NCBI GenBank assembly: GCA_043228905.1
Contig: JBHGNT010000014.1
Span: 8,246,001-8,310,000, forward strand
From: Azolla caroliniana
Lineage: Eukaryota > Plantae > Polypodiophyta
Length of the DNA stretch: 64,000 nt
Direction of reading: 5' to 3'
Below the pieces are notes generated by a model. That model ran no database searches. It was not told where the DNA came from and saw only the letters and a program-made list of their open reading frames with translations. The translations under genes were made by a program, and so were the position numbers. Of the stretch, positions 1-11,322 are shown one piece after another. The first letter of the stretch is position 1. Each line of letters opens with the position of its first letter.

Positions 1-490
1 ACGCCAATGTATCATGACATGGGACAAATGTGGAGGCTCACACCTCACACATTATACTACACATGTTGCACCTAACTACAAAACCATATTCTTTGTAGAA
101 CGGGGAAATCGTACACATGGATACATGTTAGAGCCCATACCGTTATCTGCCATTCGAACCATTCGTTGGGGCACAAGTGATAAGAGTGGTCGGCTATGCA
201 CACTTTGCCCTAAACAAGTTCACCAGTCTGAGTATCACACTTTGATACAATGCTCTAGCTTTGATAATATTCGACCATGCTTTCCACATCTCTTCAACCG
301 TGCCCAATCCTTGCATGAATTCCTCTCAAAACCACAATGTGCACTCTCGATTGCAACATTCATTGGTAAAGTTCTTGAACATCAAGAGTCAGTACTCTTT
401 CACACGTATCACGTGAAATGTAATATTTTTGGTCTCATAGGTCATATTTGACCTCCAAAGACGAGAATATAATCTATCTATCTATCTATC
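1..490 (+). mobile_element. 3' end of a non-LTR retrotransposon (LINE): C-terminal CCHC-type zinc finger of ORF2 plus (ATCT)n tail
   Basis: ORF 14-451 contains RLCTLC...SEYHTLIQC..FDNIR, the typical post-RT CCHC region of LINE ORF2. A short (ATCT)n run at about 472-490 follows the stop. Confidence 0.65.
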
Positions 491-504
491 TCTCTATTTT
501 AGTA

Positions 505-1639
505 CTACTCCCGACACCGATCCACCTCCATGTACAGCATCTGACTGTCAGATTGAGTGGTCCTTGACCCACTCGTGTGGTTTTCTTCTACCATTAGCAT
601 CGATTGCAGGTCAAAGAAGGACGATGGCTTCTCCCGAGTGCAAATCGTCGTCTGGATTGGCCCGTGCCATTGTGCTAGACCACCGAGATAGATCTGGACC
701 ATCTCATCTTCGTCCATCGTCACGTTGTTGGACCCGAGTATGTCATAGATCTCCTTGATCTTGGTGGTTTAGTCAGTAATCGTCATGTCCCGTTGCCAGA
801 TATTATTGAGCTCTTGACGGAGCTGCAACTTCCAAGCTATGGTACTTGCGGTGAAAATCTTCTAGAGATTTTCCCATGCCTCCTTCGGCGACTTTGCGTC
901 TCTAATGTAGCTGAGCATCTAGTCGTGCACACACTCGGCGAGGCAATACAACACTCTGCTCGCTCCTTGTTCCCATGCCGAGAAGTCCTTGTGTGCCGAA
1001 TCCAACGCTGCTACATTTGCTGCTTCCACGTAGCTCCAGTATTTGTGCCCTAACAGGTACTTGTGCATCTTATACGACCAGGACACATAGTTGCTCTAAT
1101 CGAGCTTTTCTGTAGGAAGCGATCTCACCAAGCTTTTGTCCATATCTTTCTTCTCTCTTTTGTTCTTACCGATGATTAGGGTTTGTTTGTTTCAAGCAGT
1201 TGTCGGCAACAGAGGTTCTCAACCCTCGCACTCTGATACCATGTAAAGAATTGCGTGTGGAAGCTTATAGGACAAACCGACTCAGCCGGATAACAACAAT
1301 AAACAGAAATGAAGGTTTAATGGGAGGTTGAGAATACACAATACATGGGAGAGCCAAAGAGAGCAAAACAACACAAACTTAATTTCAAAAATATCACTCT
1401 GTACATACAAATGTCCTACAAAACATTTTTTATACAAGTCCTTAAAAGGAATGACAGAAGTATTGACAAGTACTTCAATGCTCATACGAGCGACTGACAC
1501 TAACTCCAAGGAATATGCCTACATACTAGGCTAAGATTGTAGGCCTCTAACGGCCTACCGGTTACAATCCGATCCGGATACCAATCTGGCTCCGGATTAT
1601 TCAACCGATCTGGATCCGATTGAGGTTGTCTGCTCAACA
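505..1639 (-). mobile_element. Degenerate Ty1/copia 5' part: LTR (about 1242-1639), PBS and gag fragment
   Basis: tRNA-iMet-type PBS TGGTATCAGAG on the minus strand at 1231-1241, next to a TG...CA segment. The gag fragment DEDEMVQI..GLA..GPIQTTICTREKP recurs at 44537-44737. Confidence 0.8.
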
Positions 1640-3944
1640 ACGAGTTATTTCATTTTTATGGGTTACCAATGGATATCGTGAGTGATGAAGATCCAAAGTT
1701 TACTACATTGAGCATGAGCTCCACGGATCATCGTCAATCCTATGGATAGACAGAACGAGTAAATCAAATTATTGAGGACATGCTTCGTGCATATGTTGGT
1801 ACAAAACCAACAAAATGGGAACACTATCTCCCAATTTTGGAGTTTGCTTATAACAGCTCCAAGCATACATCAACAGGATATAGTCCTTTTATGTTGATGT
1901 ATGGTTTTCAGCCACGAGCCCCAATTGATGTTAATATACATCATGATGAGTTGCGAAGTACGCAAAACTTTCTTCAAGATATTCAATATATGTTGCGTAT
2001 TGTACGAGATAATATAAAAACTACTCAAGATAGAGCGTGTTGTCGCGTTGTTACGCGCGTGCGTGGAGAAAGGCGGAACCACGGGGGTCTTGGACTAGGG
2101 AGTGATGGAGCGTAGGAAGTCGTGCTTCACCGTCTCTGGGGCGTCCCAAAAGCACACCGGAAGCAACCGAAGAGAGAGAGAGAGAGAGCGTTTAACACCG
2201 ACTTACGCACACACACTCACACACACACACACACACACAGGCCAACCCGACTCACCCCTTTAAGTACAGGAAATGCAGGAAGGGGGAAGCACCCGACACC
2301 AACGAAGACGCGAATATACACAGACATACGCAAACGTATATATATATATATATATGAGAAGAATACATTCCCGGTGTCGAGACAGACCGAGGTAGGTTAT
2401 AGTAGTCGTCAGCTACCAAGCCGCCGGTCGGGGAGCTCACGGGCTCGTCGCGCCGAGCGGGGTCTTGCGCAGGAGATGAGCTGCAACAAACCCTAAGCGA
2501 ACACAAAGGGGGAGAAGAAGAAGAAACTAACTCTAAACCTAACGGTATACCCTCTAATGCAAAATGGGCAACCCTTTCACAAAGGGTGTTCCCTTCCTTT
2601 TATAGAACAAGGACAGGGATGCGTTACAATGTGGGATAAACCCCGACTTACATGGGACCGTCTGTCTCGACTTGACTACTCTTCGGCGCCATAAAGGCGC
2701 CCTCGTTATTCACACTAAATGTACATGGGTGCGTACACACGCTACACCTCGCCGATGTAGCCAATGTTTCCCGGTTTCCGCCTCTGGCCGAAATTCTTCA
2801 CGACAGCGTTTTTATGCTAATCATAATAGGCAACCTCGTGTATTCAACCATGGATAGAAGATATTTTTACGTGTACCTCACAATTCTAAGACATTGTCCA
2901 TGGGTAAGTGCTCTAAGTTAGCCCCACGGTTTTGTGGATCTTTTACAGTCCTCAAACACATTGGTTCATCAGCCTATTGTCTCATTCTTCCTAATGGCAT
3001 TGAAATCCATCTAGTTTTTCATGTAAGTCATCTAAAAGAACTTCTTGGTTCTGGTGACAATACAGTTACAACAGAAACTCTGGTTACTTCTGAAGAATTA
3101 GCATCTAAATCAAATGTACTAGAAAGAATTCTCGATGTTAAAACAAAACATTTGCATTCTAAAATAATACGCGAATTTATAAATAAAATGGATGGATAAA
3201 TCTATCAAAGATGCCACATGGGAACGTGAAAATACTCTTAGAACTAACTTCCCTAACTTTCCATTGCAAGAGTGCAATGTTTAAAGAGGGGGACCTAACC
3301 TTAGTGGTTCTTTTTACCGAAGTAGTAAAGGGCTTTTTGGAATCCTCCCGTTGCCCAGTTGCACCTCTGCTAGGGTCCCCTCTTAAGTAGATCTCTCTCA
3401 CCTTGCTCTTCGGCGCCTCAACTTTAACTCGGGGAGTTTTTCTACCGAAATATGAGGCCAAGGGAGTATGTTACGGGCATGACCATATCCCGTGGTAAGT
3501 TTTATGGTAGTGTTCTATACACATGGATAAAGTGTGAGGGTTAAACGAGAGTGTAAAGAAGGAAATGATTACTTTTAATCCTTTGGATTAGGACTTGCCT
3601 GGGGGCCTTAGATCTAGCTATAAATATGAGGCCTAGCTACCCTCATTGGGTACATTATTGACTATGCTAAGACTCGATCATTGTGGTGGGTCAACTCTTG
3701 TAGCGAGCACGCCAGTACCAAGTACGACTCGAAGCCACAACGGTGGTATGGGACGGCGATCGAGGCTCGAGTCTATCTCAATCCATTTGCTTAGGGGTGG
3801 TCAGGTGGATCGACACCTTTCTTTCTCTCTCCGCTCTTATCTATTTATTGGTTAAATCCTTATCATATGCTTACATTAGTACCTCGCTCTAATAGTACCT
3901 GAGAGGCATCTTGAGCGTTTGCCTCCAATTCGGCTCAGGTAACC
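1640..3944 (+). mobile_element. Degenerate chromovirus-type Ty3/gypsy 3' part: integrase, chromodomain and 3' LTR (about 3469-3944)
   Basis: Integrase motif WEHYLPILEFAYNSSKHTSTGYSPF, then KLAPRFCGSF and a chromodomain-like ERILDVK..IIREF. A purine tract precedes TGTTAC at 3469. Confidence 0.8.
2041..2805 (-). mobile_element. Solo LTR (TGTCG...CGACA family) inserted into the gypsy integrase
   Basis: TGTCG/CGACA ends, flanked by GTGT and GCGT (a 4-bp TSD with one C>T change). The host reading frame resumes across it (QDRA|RFYAN). Its start (GGAACCAC..GGTCTTGGACTAGG) matches the LTR at 59068. Confidence 0.75.
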
Positions 3945-4102
3945 CCATATTAAATGGTTTCACTTATTCAGACATGTCAGCTTATGTGGATACCAACGGG
4001 TCCACGTTCAGATACGTAATGACTTATGTAGGGGAGCTCTCTCTTGGCAATTGAGGCTGCACAAGGCCGTGGCATTGTCAACCACAGAAGCCGAGTACAT
4101 GG

Positions 4103-4190
4103 TGTTGGGAGACAAGGGGCCGTCAGTGCGGAAGATCAAGAAGCATTCGATCGTTTCTGAATACCTGCGTATGACAGAATGTAGGTCGTT

Positions 4191-4232
<42 letters not shown>

Positions 4233-7200
4233 AATAGACTCTTAATTCAACAACGCAATAATACAACATCCAACCTTACAAAAGGGTTACAAGGTCACTA
4301 TATATAGTGACCGACTTAGGGCAACTACCCTTTATGCTAATTACATAAATGGCCAAAACGGGATAGTGTGAATACGTCCATTATACACATGTATTCGACA
4401 CTCCCCCGTAATGGGCGTATACATGGGTTATCTAAGATTACAGGTATAGACTTAGGTTCTCGGACATATCAGCTTTGTTCGAGTCGGCAGGGTCCGAAGG
4501 CAGAAGACCGAACTGGTCAGGTCGGAACAGTTGAAGCCGATCATTAAGGAACTCATGTCGGTTGTCGGGAACCATCCTGCTCTGTGTCCGGCTCTAACCG
4601 AACTGGTTTGTCGTTACGCCCATCTGATGCCGAAGAGACCGAAAACGGTCTGCCGAAAGACACTTGGTCATTCCATCTGCGACATTGTCGGTTGTGGATA
4701 TTTTCTCTAGACCGATTTTTCCTGAAATGACGCAGTCCCGAACGAAGTGATATCGAACGTCGATATGTTTGGAGGCGTTGTGATGAACCGGATTTTTCGA
4801 CAAGGCAACAGCACCTTGACTGTCGCTGTAGACAACTGGAGCCGAGTCATGGTCGACTTGTCGAAACGTGTGCGCCAGCCGACCGAGCCACAAAGCTTCT
4901 TTTGCTGCGTCGGACGCAGCTACATATTCTGCTTCGGTCGTTGAGGTCGCTGTGCACTCCTGAAGTTTCGACTTCCACGAGATTGCTCCATTGCCGAATT
5001 TGAAGCAGTATCCGGTTGTTGATTTCCGACTGTCTATACAGCCGGCGAAATCCGAGTCGGTGTAACCGACTATGCCTGAGGTTCGGTTCGGACCGAAAAG
5101 AATGTCGTGGTCTTTTGTGCCAGCCAGATATCTGAACACATGCTTGACTGCGTTCCAATGCGATCGGCCAGGATTGTGCATAAATCTGCTAACGACTCCT
5201 ACGGCATGAGAAATATCAGGCCGTGTCGCGACCATCAGGTACATAAGGGAGCCGACTGCCGGTGCATACGGTACCGACTTCATATCTTCCCCCTCCGGGC
5301 CGGATGTCGGGCAGTCTCGCTGAGAGAGCCGAAGATTCATTGGGAGCGGGGTTGAAGCAGATTTGGCTGATTGCATGTTGAAGCGTTCCAAGACACGTCC
5401 GATATAGTCGGTCTGAGACAAAAAAAGATGTCGTTTGTCGCGATGCCGACTAATCTTCATGCCGAGTATGTGTCGTGCCGGACCGAGGTCCTTCATGGCA
5501 AACTTCAACCGCAGTTGCCGAATGAGATCGGCAAGTTCGCCCGCGTGGCGTCCAGAAATGAGCATGTCGTCCACGTAAATGATGAGGAAGATGGGTGATC
5601 CATCTTGAGCTGTGTTGGTGAAGAGACAATGGTCCTCATCGCTTTTGGAGAAGCCGATCGATTGGATGAAGTCGTCGAACTTCTTGTACCATTGTCGCGG
5701 TGCCTGTTTGAGGCCGTATAGACTCTTCCTGAGTCGGCAGACTAGATGTTCTTGGCCAGGTGCCACGAAGCCTTTTGGCTGCTCCATATAAATTTCCTCC
5801 TCGAGATCACCATGGAGGAAGGCTGTTTTGACATCTAGCTGAATCAGCTCCAAGTTGTCGGCTGCCACTACGCCGAGCAGAAAACGAAGGGTTGTCATTT
5901 TCACCACTGGTGAAAAAATCTCGTCGAAGTCGACGCCATATTCTTGTCGGAAGCCCTTCGCAACTAATCTGGCCTTGTACTTTGGGGTGGTCGAATCAGA
6001 CGTCTCTTTTAGTCGATAAACCCACTTGCAAGGAAGAGCACGTCGGTTCCTAGGTAATTCGACCAGATCCCAAGTCTTGTTTGCCCGAATGGAGTGCATT
6101 TCCGACTCCATCGCCAGATGCCAGGTGGCGGAATCGACAGATGTCGATGCTTCTTCGTAAGACGTCGGTTCGCCGGCGTCGGTGAAAAAAATTCCAGGAG
6201 AATACCTCTCCGGAGGTTGCGACAGTCTCTCGGATCGTCGAGGTATGATTGGACTGGTCGCATCGGGTATCGAGGTCGGATGGTCCGAAAGCGGATTGTT
6301 CTGCTGTGCCGAGTCGGAGTTGTCCGAGTCGGTAGTGTAAGGTTCAGCTACCCGTGAAGCTGACCGTGTGTTGAGAGCGGGGCCTTCTTGAAGGGTCGGC
6401 ACATCGGAAAACGTTACCCTTCGGACTTCGATCGGTTTTTCGACTGATGGATTCATAGCCGACTCGTTGAACACAACGTCCGAACTTCGAACGATTTGCC
6501 TGCGTTCGGGGTCCCAGAGTCGGTATCCCATTTCGCCGTCGGACCCATATCCAAGGAAAATGCATTTCCTGGACCGAGGTGCAAGTTTTCGGCGATCATC
6601 TTTCGGAATAAGGGCGTACGCCTCGCATCCGAAGATCCTCAGCTTGTCGTAATTCGGCTTACTGCCGATCCATCGTTCCTGAGGAATTTGAAGTCCTAGA
6701 GGTCTACTTGGCGACATATTGATTATGTGTACTGCCGTGAGTAGAGCCTCTGCCCAGAAGCCATCCGACAGTCCGGAGTGTTGGAGCATGGAAACTATCC
6801 GTTCTTGGATTGTCCGATTCATGCGTTCGGCAATCCCGTTTTGCTCCGGACTGTGTGGTGCCGTAAATTCACGTCGGATGCCGCGTTGTCGGCAGAATTT
6901 GACGAATTCATCGGATTTGAACTCTCCCCCATTGTCTGTCCGAAGGCATTTCAGCTTTCGGTCGGTTTGATTTTCTACCATAGCGAGCCAATCTGAGAAG
7001 ATCGAGAAGACCCGATCTTTGGTGCGAATCGGATAAGCCCACACCTTTCGAGTCGAATCGTCAATAAAAGTGACGAAGTAAGAGGCACCGCCAAGAGACT
7101 GATGCGGCATTGGGCCACAGACGTCCGAGTGGACTAAATCGAGAGGTCTCGTTTCTCTTGGTGCTGATGTCGGGTGTGATGCGGCTACTTGTTTGCCATA

Positions 7201-9400
7201 CTGGCAATGCTCGCAGAATTGATGGTCGGAGAAGGAGAGTTTGGGGATGTATCCGGCTCTAGATAGGTGCGTGATGCCGGCCTTGCTGAGGTGTCCTAAT
7301 CTTCTGTGCCATAGTGATGACACAGGAATATCCACCAAAAACAGGTTACCCTCTCTGAGCGTAACATGTAACGGATACAGTGAGTGTATCTTGGGTCCTC
7401 TAGCAAGCAGGAGGTTCCCCCTGTGGAGTGTCCACCCTCCCGAAGAAAAACCGGCACGAATGCCGTCTTCATCTAGTTGTCCGACTGAGATCAATGGCCT
7501 TGAGAGCTCGGGTACATGTCGGACATTGTGGAGTACAAGTGTAGAGCCACCTGCAAGGTTGAGCTCTACTGTGCCGATTCCGATGATGTCACAGTGTTGT
7601 GAGTTGCCGACTCGAACTGAGTCGGAGTGACGGATCGTATATTGCCGAAATTGGGATCGATGAGGAGTCACGTGAAATGACGCGCCCGAATCTAAGAGCC
7701 ATGTGCTCGATTCTTCAGTCGTGAGTAGAACTTCTGATCCGACTGGATTTTCGATTGATAGTATATTTGGGTCGTCTGGTAGCACATCAGCTGAGAAGCT
7801 GACGTAATTGATCTCCTCATGCCGGCCACTCTTCTTGTCTGATTTCTGAGACTTGTCGTTCTTGTTCTTGAGTGCGCGGCAGTCGGCTTTGATGTGTCCG
7901 GGTTTCTTGCAATAGTTGCAGATTCGGTTATCCCGTGACTGGCTCCGTCTTCGCTGATTGTTCGGCGGCCGTGAGGAATCTCTTCCTCGTATGTTCGATC
8001 GGTCTGTCGAACCTTGTACTACGTAAGCGTCGTCTGTTGAGTCTTTGGCGAAAGACTTTCTCCGAGCTGCTTCGGTCAGGATTGCGCTCGTGACTTCAGA
8101 GTATTTAACAGCCGTGGTTGACGCGTTGCACACGGTTGTGACGAAAGTTTCCCATGATGAGGGAAGACTACTCATGAGTATCATTGCTCTGAGTTCATCC
8201 TCGATTGCCGTCCCCTGTGACGAGATTTGGGAGCTTATGCTTTCGTACTCATTGAGGTGTGCTTGAACCGAATCGGATTCTTTCATCCGCAAGTTGTAGA
8301 GGCGCCGGATCAGAAACATCTTTGTTGCGGCGACCTTCTTTTCGTAAGTGTCCGACAGTGTTTTCCACAGTTCGAATGCTGTCGTACACGATTGCACCGT
8401 AAAGTATACCGATTCCGATAGGTGCATCCGAATTGTGGCGCGGACGATTCTGTCCAGCTTCTGCCACTCAATTGGTTTGTATCCTTCTGGAGGTTCTTCA
8501 TTTTCGATGGGATCGATTTGCCCCTTGACTATGAGATAGTCCTGCATTTGTTCCTTCCAGAAGTTGAAGTTCGATCCATCGAACTTTCGTAGACTCATTT
8601 CTGACGAGCCGGATGTTGATGCCATCAAATTTGGTTTCGGTTGACGAAGCTCGGTTCGGAGTTGACTACGAATCTTGTTGGAGTGCAGCCGGTTGGCTCA
8701 CCCGATATCGTTCTAGTCGGATTTGAACCCGAGTAGGTTCGGCTTCGGATATATGTATTGTTGAACTTGCTCGAATTGACTCCGGTAACTTGAGGGACAG
8801 AACCGACTGGTCTTCCCGAATGTTGCTGAGTCGGAGTGAGCCCGGTTCGCTTCGGATATATATGCCGAATACCGATTATTGAAACCGATTATCTGGACCG
8901 ATTCGGCTTCGGGTGACTGCAGCGACGAGAGAGATGGATCCAACTGATCCTCTCGAATGTCGATCAGCCGGATGAAGCACGAATTGGGGTTGTTGTCTTG
9001 AGACCGATCTGCACCGAGTGGTTACAACGAGCGGCGAGCAGCGTTTGTTGACTTCTTCGGATGCCGTTTAACCGAGTGGAGCACGATCGTGTCAATGTTG
9101 CACAAGGGGATTTCACCTCGAGCGGTTACGATCACAAGGAACGGAGTACAACCTGTTGGCTTACTCCAAGCAAAGATGATCTAACGCGATGAGATGCAAA
9201 CCTGGTTTTTCTTCTTCTTCTCTCTTCTTCGAATGACGCAGGAAACCGAATGCAGAGACGACGGCCGACAGCGGATTGAAGGACCGACTACTGTGCAGGC
9301 TCTGATACCAGATGTTGGGAGACAAGGGGCCGTCAGTGCGGAAGATCAAGAAGCATTCGATCGTTTCTGAATACCTGCGTATGACAGAATGTAGGTCGTT

Positions 9401-9440
<40 letters not shown>

Positions 9441-9608
9441 AATAGACTCTTAATTCAACAACGCAATAATACAACATCCAACCTTACAAAAGGGTTACAA
9501 GGTCACTATATATAGTGACCGACTTAGGGCAACTACCCTTTATGCTAATTACATAAATGGCCAAAACGGGATAGTGTGAATACGTCCATTATACACATGT
9601 ATTCGACA
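4103..9608 (-). mobile_element. Intact, very young Ty1/copia LTR retrotransposon (5.5 kb)
   Basis: LTRs 4103-4400 and 9313-9608 appear identical except for one (GA) unit. CATGG TSD at 4098-4102 and 9609-9613. PBS TGGTATCAGAGC at 9299-9310, PPT at 4401-4410, and a single open ORF. Confidence 0.97.
4594..8628 (-). CDS. Copia gag-pol polyprotein (gag, zinc knuckle, protease, integrase, RT, RNase H), 1344 aa
   Basis: Motifs in copia order: CNYCKKPGHIKADC, WLLDSGAS, HSDVCGP/RTDNGGEF/QNGIAERMN, YVDDML, YTDSDFAG. No stops. Confidence 0.97.
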   Translation of the reverse strand: MMASTSGSSEMSLRKFDGSNFNFWKEQMQDYLIVKGQIDPIENEEPPEGYKPIEWQKLDRIVRATIRMHLSESVYFTVQSCTTAFELWKTLSDTYEKKVAATKMFLIRRLYNLRMKESDSVQAHLNEYESISSQISSQGTAIEDELRAMILMSSLPSSWETFVTTVCNASTTAVKYSEVTSAILTEAARRKSFAKDSTDDAYVVQGSTDRSNIRGRDSSRPPNNQRRRSQSRDNRICNYCKKPGHIKADCRALKNKNDKSQKSDKKSGRHEEINYVSFSADVLPDDPNILSIENPVGSEVLLTTEESSTWLLDSGASFHVTPHRSQFRQYTIRHSDSVRVGNSQHCDIIGIGTVELNLAGGSTLVLHNVRHVPELSRPLISVGQLDEDGIRAGFSSGGWTLHRGNLLLARGPKIHSLYPLHVTLREGNLFLVDIPVSSLWHRRLGHLSKAGITHLSRAGYIPKLSFSDHQFCEHCQYGKQVAASHPTSAPRETRPLDLVHSDVCGPMPHQSLGGASYFVTFIDDSTRKVWAYPIRTKDRVFSIFSDWLAMVENQTDRKLKCLRTDNGGEFKSDEFVKFCRQRGIRREFTAPHSPEQNGIAERMNRTIQERIVSMLQHSGLSDGFWAEALLTAVHIINMSPSRPLGLQIPQERWIGSKPNYDKLRIFGCEAYALIPKDDRRKLAPRSRKCIFLGYGSDGEMGYRLWDPERRQIVRSSDVVFNESAMNPSVEKPIEVRRVTFSDVPTLQEGPALNTRSASRVAEPYTTDSDNSDSAQQNNPLSDHPTSIPDATSPIIPRRSERLSQPPERYSPGIFFTDAGEPTSYEEASTSVDSATWHLAMESEMHSIRANKTWDLVELPRNRRALPCKWVYRLKETSDSTTPKYKARLVAKGFRQEYGVDFDEIFSPVVKMTTLRFLLGVVAADNLELIQLDVKTAFLHGDLEEEIYMEQPKGFVAPGQEHLVCRLRKSLYGLKQAPRQWYKKFDDFIQSIGFSKSDEDHCLFTNTAQDGSPIFLIIYVDDMLISGRHAGELADLIRQLRLKFAMKDLGPARHILGMKISRHRDKRHLFLSQTDYIGRVLERFNMQSAKSASTPLPMNLRLSQRDCPTSGPEGEDMKSVPYAPAVGSLMYLMVATRPDISHAVGVVSRFMHNPGRSHWNAVKHVFRYLAGTKDHDILFGPNRTSGIVGYTDSDFAGCIDSRKSTTGYCFKFGNGAISWKSKLQECTATSTTEAEYVAASDAAKEALWLGRLAHTFRQVDHDSAPVVYSDSQGAVALSKNPVHHNASKHIDVRYHFVRDCVISGKIGLEKISTTDNVADGMTKCLSADRFRSLRHQMGVTTNQFG

Positions 9609-11322
9609 CATGGCTGTTGTAGAAGCCGGCAAGGAAATAGTTTGGATGAAGGAGTTCATTGGAGAGTTGGGTATTCGACAGGAGGAATTCTGACTCTACT
9701 GCAACAACCAATGTACCATCCACCTTGCAAAGAATGCCGCCTATCACTCGAGGACCAAGCACATCTAAAGGAGATACCATTGGCTCCGGGAGCAAGTAGA
9801 AGAAAAGGAGTTTGCTTTAGTGAAGATCTATACAAATGACAATGGATCGGATATGCTGACGAAGGTGCTACCAGCTGAAAAGCTGAATGCGTGTCGACAA
9901 AGAGTTGAACTAGTGAAGTACTCCACCCGGAGTGAAGGGGGGGAGTTTGTTGGGAAAATAGGTCCCTCTGGATGGGAAGAGCACGAGCCAGATCGGCTGA
10001 AGTCGATAGGTAAACTCATCCAAGGACAAAAATTTGACTAATTAACAATCAATCGAGAATCGACTCGGTTAATAACCGAATCGATTGTATCCGATTGGGC
10101 TATATTTGTAAATAGCCTAGATGTGCCCATTAAGGCTATATTTGCAAATAGTCATTATGTATATGAGTATAAATATAGTTAGGGCAAGTAGTTAATGGTG
10201 GATGGATAGTTATTGTGGTGGTTGCCTCTATAACTAGTGCTAGAGAGAGTTGTAACTCTGCAACTGTCTGTTAGAAGAAGAAGAACCCAAAGTCCTTAAG
10301 ATTCGTATTTGTGTATTTCCTCTATATATAGTGATTCTGTTTTAGAGTTTGGGGGCTCTCGTGGTTTTCCCCTTTTCAGGGTTTCCACCCTAACATCTTG
10401 TCTTTATGTCAGTGCATCATCTCTTATTATTTCTCGTTTTCTGTCATTCTTGTTTGTGCTTGAGAATTGGTTGTGGCCAATCGCATATTCAACAATAACA
10501 CACTTAATAGTTATCCCACACTATAGAATCGAGAATTACAATTCATACCCTCGTTCCTTTCATAATTAACCCGCACATACTCATCATAAGTTTAGGAAAA
10601 ACTACGATAAGTTATGGCTATGCATGTAACATTTTCCTAACTCCGGTGGCTTGCATACTAACTTATGGAGATTTGAGCAAGTGACTATATATATATATAT
10701 TCACATTCAATGTATTTAGTGAAGGGAAAAAATCAATTTACATTTTCTCATAGTTTTTTCAAAACTATACTACATTACTCTCACATATTTCTAGAACAAA
10801 TAAGCATAGATCTCGATTACACAATGGCTTTTAAGATTAAATGGAGAAACTCGAAACACCCGTTTCATGCAATTCTACAATCGATTCATGTACCCCCCTT
10901 TTCAAATACCCGAGCTATATTTAGTACATCTTTTTTGGGGAGAGGCATTGGATGGAGTTGTACAAACCACCCCCCCCCCCCCCCCCCCAATTACTACTTA
11001 CGATTGATTGACTGTATGAGGGAGGAAGTAGGGAGGTGGATGGAGTTGTATGTTTTCATGTGTACATAAACAATTGGGATGTTGATGTAAGAATGACAAA
11101 AGGGGGAAGGGCATTGCATAACAATTGGAATGTAGAGTGAGTGGATATGGATATATGTATACATACATACATACATACATACTGATACATATGTATGTAT
11201 ATATACATATTTTATACATACATACATACATATTGCCTGAGAGAGAGAGTCTCGCCCAGCCCACTGAGCCCAGCCCAGCCCGCGCGCGCCTTATCCTATC
11301 TATCGTCTTCTTCCAGCCAGCC

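Larger units (their letters stand above)
4030..10494 (+). mobile_element. Older copia 3' remnant (RNase H, PPT, 3' LTR about 9948-10494) split by the young copia
   Basis: The RNase H motif AVALSTTEAEYM (to 4102) continues as AVVEAGKEIVWMKEFIGELG after 9613. PPT AGTGAAGGGGGGGAG is followed by TGTTGGG...CAACA. The LTR start resembles the LTR at 33977. Confidence 0.85.

Noticed and set aside
4747-8539. Many antisense and alternate-frame ORFs over the copia polyprotein (likewise 60019-63818 over the Ty3 pol)
   Set aside because: Expected by-products of GC-rich coding sequence. No motifs.
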